In this document: piece after piece, positions 30,418 through 43,423 of the stretch | How positions within the stretch are numbered: the first letter of the stretch is position 1 | How the letters are laid out: each line of letters starts with the position of its first letter | Assembly (NCBI GenBank): GCA_000320545.1 | Contig: ADNK01002144.1 | Location: forward strand, 1-64,000 | DNA length: 64,000 nt | Direction: 5' to 3' | Source: Bigelowiella natans CCMP2755 | Taxonomy: Eukaryota > Protista > Cercozoa | The notes under the pieces: model-generated | The model's input: only the letters and a program-made list of their open reading frames with translations | Told to the model about the DNA's origin: nothing | Databases searched by the model: none | Program-made: the position numbers and the translations under genes

Positions 30418-33400
30418 ATGGAACTTGGAGAAATCCCACAACAACAACAACAACAACAACCACAATCACGACCACAAACTCCAAAGAGAGGAGCCCACCC
30501 ATTAGATCCTACTGAGTGCTTGTGCGGAGGGAGAGAGAAGCTAAACGGAATGGCGTCGATCCTTGACGATGAGATGCAAGGTAGCCATGCCAAACCTACA
30601 GAGGAGCAAGAAGCTGCATGGTTTTCCGGACTGATCTATGACCAGTTGGGTCCAAGGGAGGGCTGTTGCCTTCCCAGATTTATAGCGGAGGTTTGGAATC
30701 TTCTTCTTCAAGGCTACCTATTCACCAACTAATGAGTGTATTTTTCGTCTCAGAACAAAAGCGAATATTTGCGTGTTCGGAATACAATTTTGAAAGAGTG
30801 GTATCGCAACCCTTTCAGCTATCTCTCCCTTGAGACTGCCACGAAGGTGACAAAAATCATTAAACGCTACTTGCTCAGTTTGACAGCGTTTTACTTTTTG
30901 TATAATCTTGGTAGACATTGGGAGAAAAGGATAAGAACATTGCTCAAGCCGTTTTTGAATTCCTTAAGAACTATGGATACATCAACGCTGGGGTGTTAAC
31001 CAATCAACCTGGATTCGGCCAACTCAATACTAGCAATCCACATAAGAAAAGAATTATTGTAATCGGTGCTGGAATGAGTGGGCTAACAGCAGCGCGTCAA
31101 CTTCAGGTGCTGACCTAAGAAATAACTATTCAAAAATTGTGTAGGTGTTGATGTGGTCCTATTTTCCAGTCTTTCGGCCACGATGTTGTTGTGATAGAAG
31201 CACGAGATCGTCTCGGGGGACGCGTCAACACCGATACCAAGACATTCAATAGTCCTGTCGATATGGGCGCTTCAATCATTACAGGATTGACAGGAAACCC
31301 TATCGGTGTAGTCACGAAACAGATAGAGACTAAAGTCCATAAAATCGGGAACAAATGCCCTCTTTTCCTTCCAGACGGCAAGGTATGAAAAGTACTGGTG
31401 CGAGCTTCTTCAATGACATGAGAAACGATATTTTCGAATGTTTTCGAATGTTATCTGTATAGGAATTAACAGGTGAGATGGACGAACTACTCTTCGAAAA
31501 ATTCAATATGTTAGAGCAACATGCACTCAAAACGGCGAAGGAATTAAGGGCTAATAATGATTCCAACCTGGACAAGATGGGCCTCTGTAAATATAAACTG
31601 ATAAAAATACAATTTATCTAGCGCGAATTGTAATGGAATGCTGATTCTTCTCTGATTTATATTCAGTGGATACAATGAGAGAAGCACAGGAACATGACAT
31701 GGAGGAGATAGAAAAGCAAGTGATAAATTGGCATATCACTAATCTCGAATACGGATGCGCCACAAATCTCAAGTAATAACATTAACCCACCACCACCACC
31801 ACCACCACCACCACTAGCTGCACACTTTCGCCATTATCTGCACGTGATACTCCTTGCGAATGCTATGCGCAGTAGACTACATGATTACCAAAAATGAAAG
31901 ACCTGGTGCAAACAGTTGATGCAGACAAACAAGGGCAATGATGTTAATGTTGTATGCTTGATGCTGCTTCTCTCTTGTTAAACAAAGAAATCTGTCGTTG
32001 GAGCACTGGAACCAAGACGACCCGTATGGATTTCAAGGCACTCATCTCTTCTTAAAAGAGGGCTACAGCACCATCATCGAGAAGCTTGCAGAAGGCCTCA
32101 ATATTAAGCTATCCCATCAAGTCCAAAGAATCAATTATATGGGTGCCAAAGGTGTCTCAGTAGAATGCAGCACAGTTAGCAAAGAAGGTCAGTGTAGTAC
32201 ATCAGCACACGTGTAATGTTGTTAGCGATTTTCTGAGTGAATAGAAATCGAGAAGTGCTATAGCGTCATTCTTATTTCGGGGCATTCGTTTTCACATATT
32301 GAAAATTGATATCAGGCAAAGATGGAAAAGAGTCATCAGCATCAACATCTGTTATTGAGGAAGGAGATATGGTGCTAGTCACCGTGTCCTTAGGAGTTCT
32401 AAAAAGTAAAATGATCCGATTCAGTCCCTCGCTGCCTACGTGGAAACAGATAGCTATAGATCGCCTTGGATTCGGGCTGATAAATAAACTAGTGTTGGAA
32501 TGGAAAGACGAGGACATCTTTTGGTACCACATAATAGTTTCCTTTTTTCTCTTTGTGATTAAAACAATTACTGTTGTTATTCGGCGACGGTATTATTTAT
32601 CGATACTTGCCATCGAGTTCATTTTTATTGATCGTTACATTACATGTGATAATGTCCATAAAGGCGCAATGAAGACATGTTCGGCCACGTGAAAGAGGAT
32701 GAAGAGCTTAGGGGAAATAATTACATGTTCTGGAATCTCAAGAATGTCAGTAGAAACAAGCACATTCTCTTATATACAACAAAATACGATTGAAATCACA
32801 GCATCATCATTAACAACACTTCTTCTTCTTCTTCTTCTTCTTCTTCCTCTCCTACCATATATCCACAGGTGACAGATAAGCCCATCCTGGTGTCCATCTT
32901 CGCTGGAGATGCGGCTGTCAAGTTGGAAGAAACGCCATTGGAGCAACTTGTTGCTGAAGCTATGACTTATCTGCGCAGGATATATGGGAGTGATACACCT
33001 GAACCTATCCGAACCTTTAAGACTGGCTGGAAGAACGACCCCTTTGCTCGAGGCACCTACTCTTACGTCGGCATTGGTGCATCTGGAAAGGACTATGACT
33101 CACTTGCCCGTCCGGTCAAGGGCCGATTGTTCTTTGCTGGTGAGGCAACTTGCAGACTCTATCCAGCTACGGTGCCTGGTGCACATGCTAGTGGGCTGTT
33201 CGCCGCAGGGCAAATAGCAGACGCTGCAAACCCTATCAAACATGACCTGTTTAAGGCCAGCACCGATTCCATTATTAAAAGCTTAGGGAAGGAAAACTTT
33301 ATGAAAAATGGCATCCGGTACCGAAGGGGTGTTCGAAAATATGTTTCCCAGCAGCCACAAAATCATCAACATCTCTACAAGAATAAGGGGAAAGCAGATG

Positions 33401-34380
33401 GCAATGCATCAACGCACGCCAATTCTAATTTGGCCTCCTCCTCATCATCATTATTATCAGCATCTTCATCATCGTTGCTATTCAAAAGAGAGATACCTTA
33501 CTCCAAAAGTGACCATGGTTCTTTCGTCCTCAACCTGATGGAAGGAAACCTCGAGAATACAATACTCGGAGGAGATAACAACAAAAACGATGATAAATTA
33601 AAAGATGCTGCAGGAGGAGTCAACACAGACCGTGCCGTCACGGGTAATAGTACGCATAAAATTTGATTCCTTATATTTAAACTGATGTATTTTATGGTAG
33701 GAGTGCAACAAGGAGAAAATGCTCTGAAAGAAAATCCCAGCTACGTATTAGATTTGCTTAAAAAATCTTCAAGAGATATCAAACAACGGAAAAAGACCAT
33801 TAAAGCTCTAGGAAAGACGACGCCGTACAAAAGTCGGAAGAGAGGTTGGTGAAATCCCTAACTTAACGATTCAGCAGTTGTTTGAAGTTTTAATTGACGG
33901 TAATCAGACGAGTTGGACGATGACGGCATTGTCGATATGACTGACATGCTGTTATCAAATAAAACGAAGAGGCGCCGCTACGAAGAACAGTCGCGTCAAC
34001 GTCTAAAGAAAAAGATACAAATGAAACTCCTCAAAAAGGAAAGGAAGATGAAAAAAAGAGGCACGGAAGAAACTGGGCAAGATGCACTCAAAAAGTCGAA
34101 AAATAAGTTTGAACAAGATAAAAGCAGCACTCCGGAAGACGTTAGCTTATGTATTCGAAATCATATCCAGAAAGTTCTTCAAAAATACGCGCAGAAATTT
34201 CACCTTCCAATGAATTTTCAAGACGAAATACTTGAAAAGTCATTTGATAAGGTGATAAAGGATTGGAACTCCAAGGAAAGGACTCGAAGCGTCAAAGTAT
34301 GGATGCGAAACGAGAAACGGAAGAAAAGCCTCAAGAGTCTTGTGTCAAAATACACTCGAAGATACGCGAAAGTCAAATAA
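30418..34380 (+). CDS. Lysine-specific histone demethylase, LSD1/KDM1 family (SWIRM + FAD amine oxidase), LDL3-like
   Basis: SWIRM segment EYLRVRNTILKEW..FLKNYGYINAG; FAD motif IVIGAGMSGLTAARQL; EARDRLGGRV, NLEYGCA, WKNDPFARGTYS and LFFAGEAT..ATVPGAHASG. Confidence 0.92.
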
Positions 34381-35092
34381 TCCAGCTCCTCCAATTCATC
34401 ATGGCCGATTGGCAACATTAAGTACACCAGTTTGTTATTAGTTTCCCACAACAAATGGTTTGCATCCTGCAATGCTGAATCCAGAAATACGCATGTAGAT
34501 ATGCTCAGCATGGATGGATTGAGCTAACTAGCTAAGCTGAAATGTAGCATCATCGTCGTCAAAATTAGTTCCAAAACACATGAATCACGTGCAGCAAGCT
34601 AGGAACAAGGCGTCAGTGAGATTTGCATGACACTGAATGACAAATGAGTTACATGTGCGTGGTGCTGCCATGTTGCAATGACGATGAATGTCCATCGGCC
34701 ACACATGCATCGCATGCATGTCACACAGCACACCCTAGCATGTGACACGGTGGGGAACCATGCCACACATGTCTACAGGTAGATGGGGTAGCCAAACGAA
34801 TGGCATGCTAGCATGCACGAAGATCCAACGGATCGGTAGCGCGTCCCATGGCATTTAGTTGTGCGCTGTGCTGCTTGCTGCCTGTGTGATGGACATGAAA
34901 GAGTTTTGGGTTATGACATATTGAACTTCACATTTACAAACTACATCGTACGCATGGACCGGTATCACTTTAGACACAAAATAGGCGTCTGGGTACTGTA
35001 GTTGTATAGCAAATTGTCACCATAGCATTCTAGCATTGTTGTTTTCTGCAACCATAACCATCCTCATCATTATTTTTCTTTTTCATTATATA

Positions 35093-36265
35093 TCATGCAT
35101 TTGCATCCTTAAAACCGCATTCTTCAAGATTTTTGTAGCTTTTACGCTTCATCAATAACGCGCACTGCGCTAGTCCAGCAAGATAAGACATGGCTGCACA
35201 CTGGAACTTATCAAGCGATTTTGGGGAATCATCCCAAACGCATATCGTACCCACGCAACATTTGTTACCCTTCTCATCATCTACTTGGATAGGAACACCG
35301 GCATAGAATCGGACATTATTTCTAGTAACCATTGGGCAATCCGCGAACCGAGGATCTTTGGTTGCGTCATTCACCACAAAAATTGTGTCTGGGTAGAGAA
35401 TAGTGTGGGAGCAGAAACTTATGTCACGGGGACTCTCTCGCACTTTTCCGGTACCGATTGCCGCCTTGAAAAAGAGCTTTTCTTTTCCCACCAGATTCAA
35501 CGCTCCAAAACTGGTTTTGCACAGATTAATTGCCAGGCCGACAATGTTATCAAAAACCTCTTCTGGACTTCGGTCAAGATTGAAGTTTCTCAAGCATGCC
35601 AGCCGCTCCTGCTCATTGTGTGCATATGCGGGCGGACGAAATAGAGGCTTATTTCTCGGGTCGGGTGACTCCAAGTCAAGTTTTGGATTGCGTATAGCTA
35701 GTTTGGGCACCGGGAGTTCTTTGTGTGTTAATGCAACCCTCTTCTTAATATCTTCTCGCTTCTTCACTGACGACGAACATGAATCTGAAGATAGTGAATC
35801 CGACGACGGCCCTCCTAAATCGACTTCTCTTGTTCGATTTTGCTGTTCCTCTACCTCGCAAGCAGAACGGATAGCTGCTGCAGCAGCCATCAGTGCTTCA
35901 ACAAGCTCTGGGGTCCTCCCTAGGTCGCTTCCGCTTACGGAATCTAGGTGTGATATCATACCAGGTATTGATAGAAGTTGACTACTGCTGCTTGTATTAT
36001 GGTGACTATTATGATGTTCTTGTGAGGAGGAACTCGAGTGGTAGCAGCTTTGCATGTCCTTCCAGCTCCGTTTTTTGGAGTTATTTAACACTTTGCTGGA
36101 TGCTGAAATCGCTTTCGGCCCTCTGCTAATGCTGGGTTTTCCTTCTTCAATCTCTTTGTTTTCCTCCCTTTTGTTTCTCGGGATTTTGAACTGCGGGATA
36201 TTAGGGGCCAGCATGTGCGATCTGCTCCTCCTTACCACAAGTGACGGCGTTAGAAAAACCTGCAC
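35093..36265 (-). CDS. GAF-domain protein (long disordered N-terminus, C-terminal GAF); upstream exons unresolved
   Basis: NEQERLACLRNFNLD.SPEEVFDNIV..PRDISFCSHTIL..VVNDATKDPRFADCPMV..VRFYAGVPI..VGTICVWD is a classic sensory GAF signature. Confidence 0.85.
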   Translation of the reverse strand: MQVFLTPSLVVRRSRSHMLAPNIPQFKIPRNKREENKEIEEGKPSISRGPKAISASSKVLNNSKKRSWKDMQSCYHSSSSSQEHHNSHHNTSSSSQLLSIPGMISHLDSVSGSDLGRTPELVEALMAAAAAIRSACEVEEQQNRTREVDLGGPSSDSLSSDSCSSSVKKREDIKKRVALTHKELPVPKLAIRNPKLDLESPDPRNKPLFRPPAYAHNEQERLACLRNFNLDRSPEEVFDNIVGLAINLCKTSFGALNLVGKEKLFFKAAIGTGKVRESPRDISFCSHTILYPDTIFVVNDATKDPRFADCPMVTRNNVRFYAGVPIQVDDEKGNKCCVGTICVWDDSPKSLDKFQCAAMSYLAGLAQCALLMKRKSYKNLEECGFKDANA

Positions 36266-37562
36266 AATCGAATCGTTGATATCTTACTTTAATGAACTAT
36301 ATAAACATTACGAGCAGCTGAAATATGTGGGAGTTTGTAGGTTTTGTTTGAAAAGGAAGAGGATATACTTCGTGAAGTCCCGAAATGGTAAGCATACCTG
36401 TTGGGCAATCTCGATTTGTTTTGAGGTTTGGCACATCACGATTTCGGCAATTGTCTTACATTTGAAGCACATGAGACACCTTTACACAAAAATAATCACA
36501 CCATAAGGTTATTTTCTTCACTGTGCTTTTGCGCTCACGTTGCTGTGTGCCTGTCTTCTCCAATCTTCCATGACACATTCCCTGCAATAACCATTCCTAT
36601 TGACGCATGCTGTTAGATTAAGTTCCGTCTCGCCAAAACAAAGTTGGAAGAACTTGGATTTTTCCAAAATTTGTCACCTTCAAAATGCTGGTGCAGTGCC
36701 GGAGATACTTCGACTAGGAAAGTTACCACTCCGAATCTCCTCAACGGCGGAGTTCCGAATCCCTCACGAACAACTCCGCGAATAAGAGTTTTCATTTTTT
36801 TTCGCGATCCATCTGATATATGCGATGCTCAATGGGCGCAGATGTACTTAGATTGTGGAATTTATTTGTGTACCTGAGGAGGCCTGGAACATTTTTCTTC
36901 CACTCCCTCCTCTCCACTTCGTACTCGAATCTTTTAGGAGTTCTCTTCCTTCAGGGAGCGAGAAGGCCGATAATGGACCTATTATTGTTGCCGTAATATC
37001 AAAAAGGAATACGATTTTTCCAATTTCCCTTGCAGTCATGCCAAATGATCGAATTGTTGAGAATTCAGCCTGTAAACTACCAGAGACTAGACCGACGAGC
37101 GAGAGACCATAAAAACTATTTTTGTAAGAGTTCCATTTATCTTGCTACGACATTGGATGTGCCATGTCGGAGCATGTATAAGAAAGGAAAATTCCAACCA
37201 GAACAACTTTTAGCTTGTTTTCATTGGAATTCACTTCTGCGACAGGGCTTAAAGAGAAGGAAATTTGCGATTCAAATTTGCGGCAGCCGGAGTAATCGCA
37301 GCATGGGAGAAAGACCGAATATATTTCAATTTCATGAAAATTGATTTAGATTATTGAGTGAGACAGGGAGTAAACCTCATTTGGTAAGAAAATACCTCAT
37401 CTACGCACTGTGGGTTCGTAGGCTGCCATCCCAAATTTAGGACAGAGGAAGAAGATCGAAGACACCAACAAGGATACATCAAGTCAGTTATCACCTTTTT
37501 CAGAGACTATTTCTTGAACAAATTCGACGAACTCCTGATCTTGATTCCCCCCAGTTTGACAT

Positions 37563-40500
37563 ATGGCGGAAAATGGAGAACCAAAAATAAACATTGCAAG
37601 TAGCGGAGATGCGAAGGCGAAATCCCTTGAGGTATTATTTACTTATTCTGATTAATGATCTTTCGCCTAAACAAGCCACTTTTCAGGATGCCTTTGCTGA
37701 GCTTCGACTGTCGTACTCGAGCGTTGGAGATGACATTGGACAAATGTAACTAACAGGAATGTTTTTATTTCCCTATTTTAAAAATGACACATTCTTTTGT
37801 TGGAAGGTATGTTGTACACGGAGATTCCGTACTTCTTGATGTCCTATCGCACCCACTCTTGGATTGGTCAAGGGGAGGACAGATTTTACAATTTTTCTAC
37901 CAGGTTGATAGATGTTTGATCAGTCCCTTCTTCATCCATGTAATTAATAAGTTGAACTTTCAGGCTGAGTGCACTCTGAAAAAATTTGCGCATCGCGGCC
38001 GTATATTTAAGGTAAATTACTATTTTACGTGCCGTTCATATTTTCATGACTCCCTGTTCAAATGCTAGGTCGTGTTCTTCGATTCCTTCGCGGGGATATG
38101 GACAGACCCAGCAATGCAGTTTTGCCGGGAAATGCTTATAGAACATCTGAAATGCGAGTAATACTGTCTCTGGATTGAGCGAGTCCTTTGAATTTAATAT
38201 TTTGTTCTTTGTTGCAGGACCAAAATTGCTGTCGAAAGATTTGCCAGCTGGGAATGTGACGAATGGAATACATTCTTGAGTTTCACACGCCCTTCATTCA
38301 CGGTGTTGATGAATCCTACGAGCGGATCTTTGGCATCGGCAAAACATGCGAGCATATCAGACCCATCGAAATTATTACAAAAGATGATCCTGGATCTCAT
38401 TGCGAAACAGATCATAGACTGTGTGTCCATGAGCGAGGTTTCCATGAAAAGTAGCAGCATGTTTGGTTTCCGATTTGTAGCTCCCCGCGAAATCCAAAAT
38501 GAGGCAGCGGTAGTTACTTACTCCGCTGACGTCAAGGAATCTTACCTCGGACATGAAGGAAAGATTGACACGGCTTTGGTAAAGAAAATTTCAGCCTTGA
38601 AAATTGATCGTGACTTCAGCAGCTATGGCGTCTACCTTTACTTAATGATTTGTCTGCTACGTCGAAAGAATTCGGACATACGAGCATCCCTCGCGAAGAA
38701 CTTCTTGTTGCATTCTTTTGCATCTAGATGTCTACCGTTAAAGGCACGTGCTCAGAAACTTCCTTCAGCCGAGGATATGGCTACAGTGTCAGACTTCACG
38801 AAGGAAATTTTCCAACTCATGGCAGAGCAAGGCCTTACCGAGTTCATTCAGGCTTTCAAATGGAGCGGATTGTGTAGATGCGATTTCTTAGATGCACGGC
38901 TATTCCAGAAAGTAGCATTATTGACTTCCAAGAGCTATTTCAAGAAGGTGAAGGAGCTGGGTCTCCCTCCCAAAATGGAATCAGCGATCGAGAATTTGTG
39001 GAGATTTGTGGCAACAGAGGCGAAACTGCGTAAAGACAATGTATCTTTTATGCCCGTATGGAAGAAAGGCTGCTTCGGAAAATTAAAGGAGTTCACGGAT
39101 AAGGAGTCCGAACAGGTGCAAAACCTCATTCGTGAATCGGACAGCATTACTGTCACTGCTTTGAAGATCCAAAAGGATACTCCTTTGAAAGAGGCGTCGA
39201 ACGAAAAAGATGCGGATACAAAGGACCAAAAGGAAATTGTCGAAGCACCTGAAGAGGATTGGGATGCTGAAGAGGTAGAAGAATGGGATGCTGAAGATGA
39301 CGCTGGAGATGATAATTGGGAAGCCGAAGCCGATGGCAATCAAGGTGCGAAGGAAAATACTGATGCACCTGATCTCTCTGAGCGAAGCACAGACAACAAA
39401 GCTAGTATAACGAAGGGCGTAAGCCTTGATAGAAAAGTTGATATAAACCTGAATAGAAAAGCGGTATCAGGCGTCCGAGTCGCGAAACTTGCTGACTCAA
39501 AGATGCTACCAATTTTCGTCGGAGACATTGAAAGTACGCTTGAACAGCGTAAGGTGCTCTCAACTGAGCTCGCTGCAGCGAAGTTTGTGAGGGATGGATC
39601 GTGGCTACTTGATAAGGAAATAGATGATGGCACGAACCCCCCCCCAGACCCAGAGCCGCAGACTAAATATGAAAGGAAAAAAATGATCAGAGCGAAGGGG
39701 AAATATATCGCATACTTAGACAAATATGCCAAGAGTTTGAAGGGCGGGGGAATAATATATCGTGACGTTGTGGTTTCCCAAAAAAGTGAAGTAAAATCAA
39801 AAGATCAAAACAAAGGAAAGCATGTAGGTGGAAAGGGAAAGGGAAAAGGAAAGGCGAAGAAAAGCGGAGGCAGCAAAAAGTTATCAATGAGGGAGAAAAT
39901 CCGAATGGATGTTGAAAAAAAGCAAAGAGAAAAGGCTTTAGAAAATGTAAAAGTATTCATTAAGCATGCTTCTTCAATGAAGACCCTTGAGAAACGGATC
40001 GAGACTCTAGATAATTCATTAGTATCTCTATCGGAACCATATGCTGTGGTTCCTGGACTAATGCAGCTTCTGGATTGGTGCGTCGAATATTGGAAGGTAG
40101 AAAAAGCTAAAGGTAGCATGACAGCTGCAGTCAGGCTTTTCCAAATGGTCATGGATATTTTCCGGCGTTTCAAGAATGACATTAGCGTGGATCAGCTGAA
40201 GGAACTTCAATCAGTTCTACTTCGCCTTGGGTTTCAGGAAGCAGCCTCTTTGCTTGTGGATCAATTTATAAAGGCAAGACCGGAAAGACTGTCTCGAAAG
40301 GATCTTCTCGTTGCCATGCCGAAGACAAAAGAACTGTCTGTTGGTATCCCTTCCTACAGATTCCAGCTGATGTATGCTGGTCATCTGATGGTCCGTAATG
40401 TAGACTCAGCTCCTGACGATCGCGTCAGTGGTTTCTATCCTGATAAGTGGCAGCGAAATTTGCTTGATGTAGTGGACCGAAAGGAGAGTGCTCTCGTTGT

Positions 40501-43423
40501 TGCCCCTACCTCTTCGGGGAAAACATTCGTGAGTTACTACGCAATGAAGCAGGCCCTTTTCGATAACAAAACTATCAAGCGAAGCACCGACCGTTCTATT
40601 ATTGTTTATGTGGCACCTACAAAAGCCCTTGTCAATCAGGTATCTGCTGATGTGTACGCACGTTACGGCATGGTTTTTGGGGTTATGACATTGGATTACA
40701 GCGTGAGGCTTAAAGAATGTGAAGTGCTCATTACCATTCCAGAATGCTTGGAAACGTTATTACTTTCACCAGAAAGTGAAGTCTGGACAAGATGCATCAA
40801 GTATGTAGTCTTTGATGAGGTTCACTGTTTGGGAAGCACTGAGAACGGTGCTGTGTGGGAGCGTCTCCTCAAAATGGTGAGATGTCCCTTCATTGCTTTG
40901 TCGGCGACCCTGGGCAACCCTGATGACTTCTCAGAATGGATGGGTAGGATTCAGCAAACTCACAACAGGAAAATAAATCTCATCATACATCGAACTCGCT
41001 GGTCAGACCTGATCAAGTACATGTATCTCCCAAGCGAGCTCCCGCAACTCACTGCCTTACAGGGGCAGACTCACGTACTCCCAAGCTTTGAATACGTCCA
41101 CCCTTGCTCTGCGTTAGGAACTGAACTGGCAAAAACGGGATTTCCTCCGGACCTTAACTTTTCCCCAAAAGATTGCATGTTGTTGTACGATGCTATGTTG
41201 ACCTGCAAGGTTCCGCAAGACGTGCAAAAACGTCTGAGTGACCTCCACCCGCTCAAATTCTTCAAAGATCTGTTGTACATCAAGAAATACGATGCACAAA
41301 AGTTCGAAGCAGCTTTGAAAGATGAATTATATAGATGGTCTGCGAACGGCATGAAGAACGAGATACTGGAACTCGTCGGGTTGCTTACCAAAAATTTGGA
41401 CAAGGGCATTACCAATCTTGAAACATACACTGAAAGGAAGTGCTACGGTGTGGAATATTTAAAGGAGAATTTCATGCCTCTAATGGTGGACCTTCTCAAT
41501 GCTGATTACCTACCTGCGGTCGTTTTCAATTTGGACAGGGAGATTTGCGAAGACCTTGTTGCATCCATGTTGTTCAAACTTGAGTCGATGGAGGCACAGA
41601 CTCTGGAAGCTGAAGGTAATAACATTAAAAAAAAGACGAAAGACTACGCAAAGCAACAAAAGCAGGCAAAACGTGAACGTGATAAGGACAAGAAAAGAAA
41701 CAAGGACGAAGATGCTGATCCTGGTGATGAGGAAGGAACGGGTCCTGTTGAAGAAGATCCTATTTACTTCGTCGATCCACGGTTCTCATTTATTGGTAGT
41801 GGACAGTCCATGGAATCCGGGGAAATGGAGTGGTGGCTCGATCGTCTTTTGCGGAAAACAAAATGGCCACGCACTCATCTTCTCATCCGTGCACTTCAGC
41901 GTGGTATCGGTGTCCACCACGATGAGCTTGAACGATCATATAAGGATCTCGTCGAGACTTTGTTTCGCACCAAGCACCTGAAGGTGGTGGTTGCCACTTC
42001 AACCTTGGCCCTTGGCGTTAACATGCCTGCAAGAACCACCGTCTTTTGTGGAGATAGTCCAAATCTCAACCCGTTACGGTACAGACAGATGGCGGGGCGA
42101 GCAGGTCGCAGAGGATACGACAATATTGGGAACGTGGTCTTCGTGGGAATTCCTCCAAAAAAGGTGTACCGTCTCATGACCTCCTCACTCGTCTCCTTGC
42201 ACGGTCATTTCCCCATGACTCCGACGGTTGCCTTACGTATGGTAAACCACTATGGGAAAGTTGCAGCTAAGGCGAATTCGCAGATGACATTAGCCAACAT
42301 CCTGAAAGAACCCTTCTTCAAGAATCGTGAGGAAATTTCAACCCAGGCTAAATTCCACTTCAGATTCTCTCTTCAATACCTTCTTGAGCAGGATCTCATC
42401 AAGTATACCCCTGAAAAAGACTTGCAGGTTCATGGGTCTGGTGCGCTCGCAGTGCATCTTAGATTTGCTCAGCCTGGAAATATCCTATTTGTAAGACTCT
42501 GGGACGAAGGGTTATTCGATGAAATTTGTAAGAAGTTCCAAGGAAGAACTGGCCAACAGGAGATATTGCGCAAGCTGATGCTTGTGATGTCTCACATATT
42601 CTTTAGACAGCCCTTACCTGTCGGCACAACAAAAGAATCTCTTGTTAAAGCAGATTTAGATCCCACAGAAAGCAAGTCTTATGGCATCCTCCCGAAGCTT
42701 TCGGAGAAGATCCAAAAAATTATGGACGATCAACGATCGTCTGCACTTCGACTTTATTCTTCTTACATCAAGCACTCATGCCTACCAAAACAGGAAGCGC
42801 AAGAGCAAGATGAGACTGAATCGCTACCAATATCTTCACTCAAATTGAACAATATTGAAGCAGTGCCGACTACATTTCTTGGAAGACTAGCTGCCGCTAG
42901 AATTCCTGCCATTGCTCGCAGTGAATATTACCGCATGTCTGGCCATTCTGATGATTTCGCATCTTTCTCAGAAATGTGCGACACTGTCAAACCCAATCTT
43001 AACATGGATCTTGATGCAATGCCGGCATGTGAAATGAAAGACCACCAACTTCGAGATATGCCTCTCAATGCTTATGCATCTGATTTCTTCCGACATGGCT
43101 CTCTGACTCGCCTTATCAAAGAGAATGGTCTTACATCTGCTAAAGCATGGTACCTACTGAAGCAATGGTCATATCTATTGAAAGATATTGCGAAGGGTGT
43201 CAAAGAACTCCGAAAACCTACTGATAAGGAGGTTGAGTATGAACACTACTACGGGGAAGCTGCTCCTGACAATATGGAGAAGAACGAGACTGTCAAGGCT
43301 TTTGTGCAATTAAATTCCCAATTTCAGGAGTTGTTCAGGAATTGGAATAGGACACAGACAAATGAAAGGAAGAAAATGGAGGAAATTAAGAAACAGGAAA
43401 TTCAGAAATTTGAGGAGGATTAA
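37563..43423 (+). CDS. DDX60: DDX60-like Ski2-family DExH RNA helicase
   Basis: Helicase motifs APTSSGKT, YVAPTKALVNQ, DEVH, SAT, RGIGVHH, TLALGVNMP and QMAGRAGRRG. The 5' exons YVVHGDSVLL..LDWSRGGQILQFFYQ..VVFFD resemble the DDX60 N-terminal PIN-like region. The last exon spans 38218-43423. Confidence 0.88.

Noticed and set aside
18788-42177. Long antisense ORFs over myosin, GAF and DDX60 (e.g. 20859..21374, 35403..35981, 38935..39339)
   Set aside because: They are shadow frames of strong coding exons.
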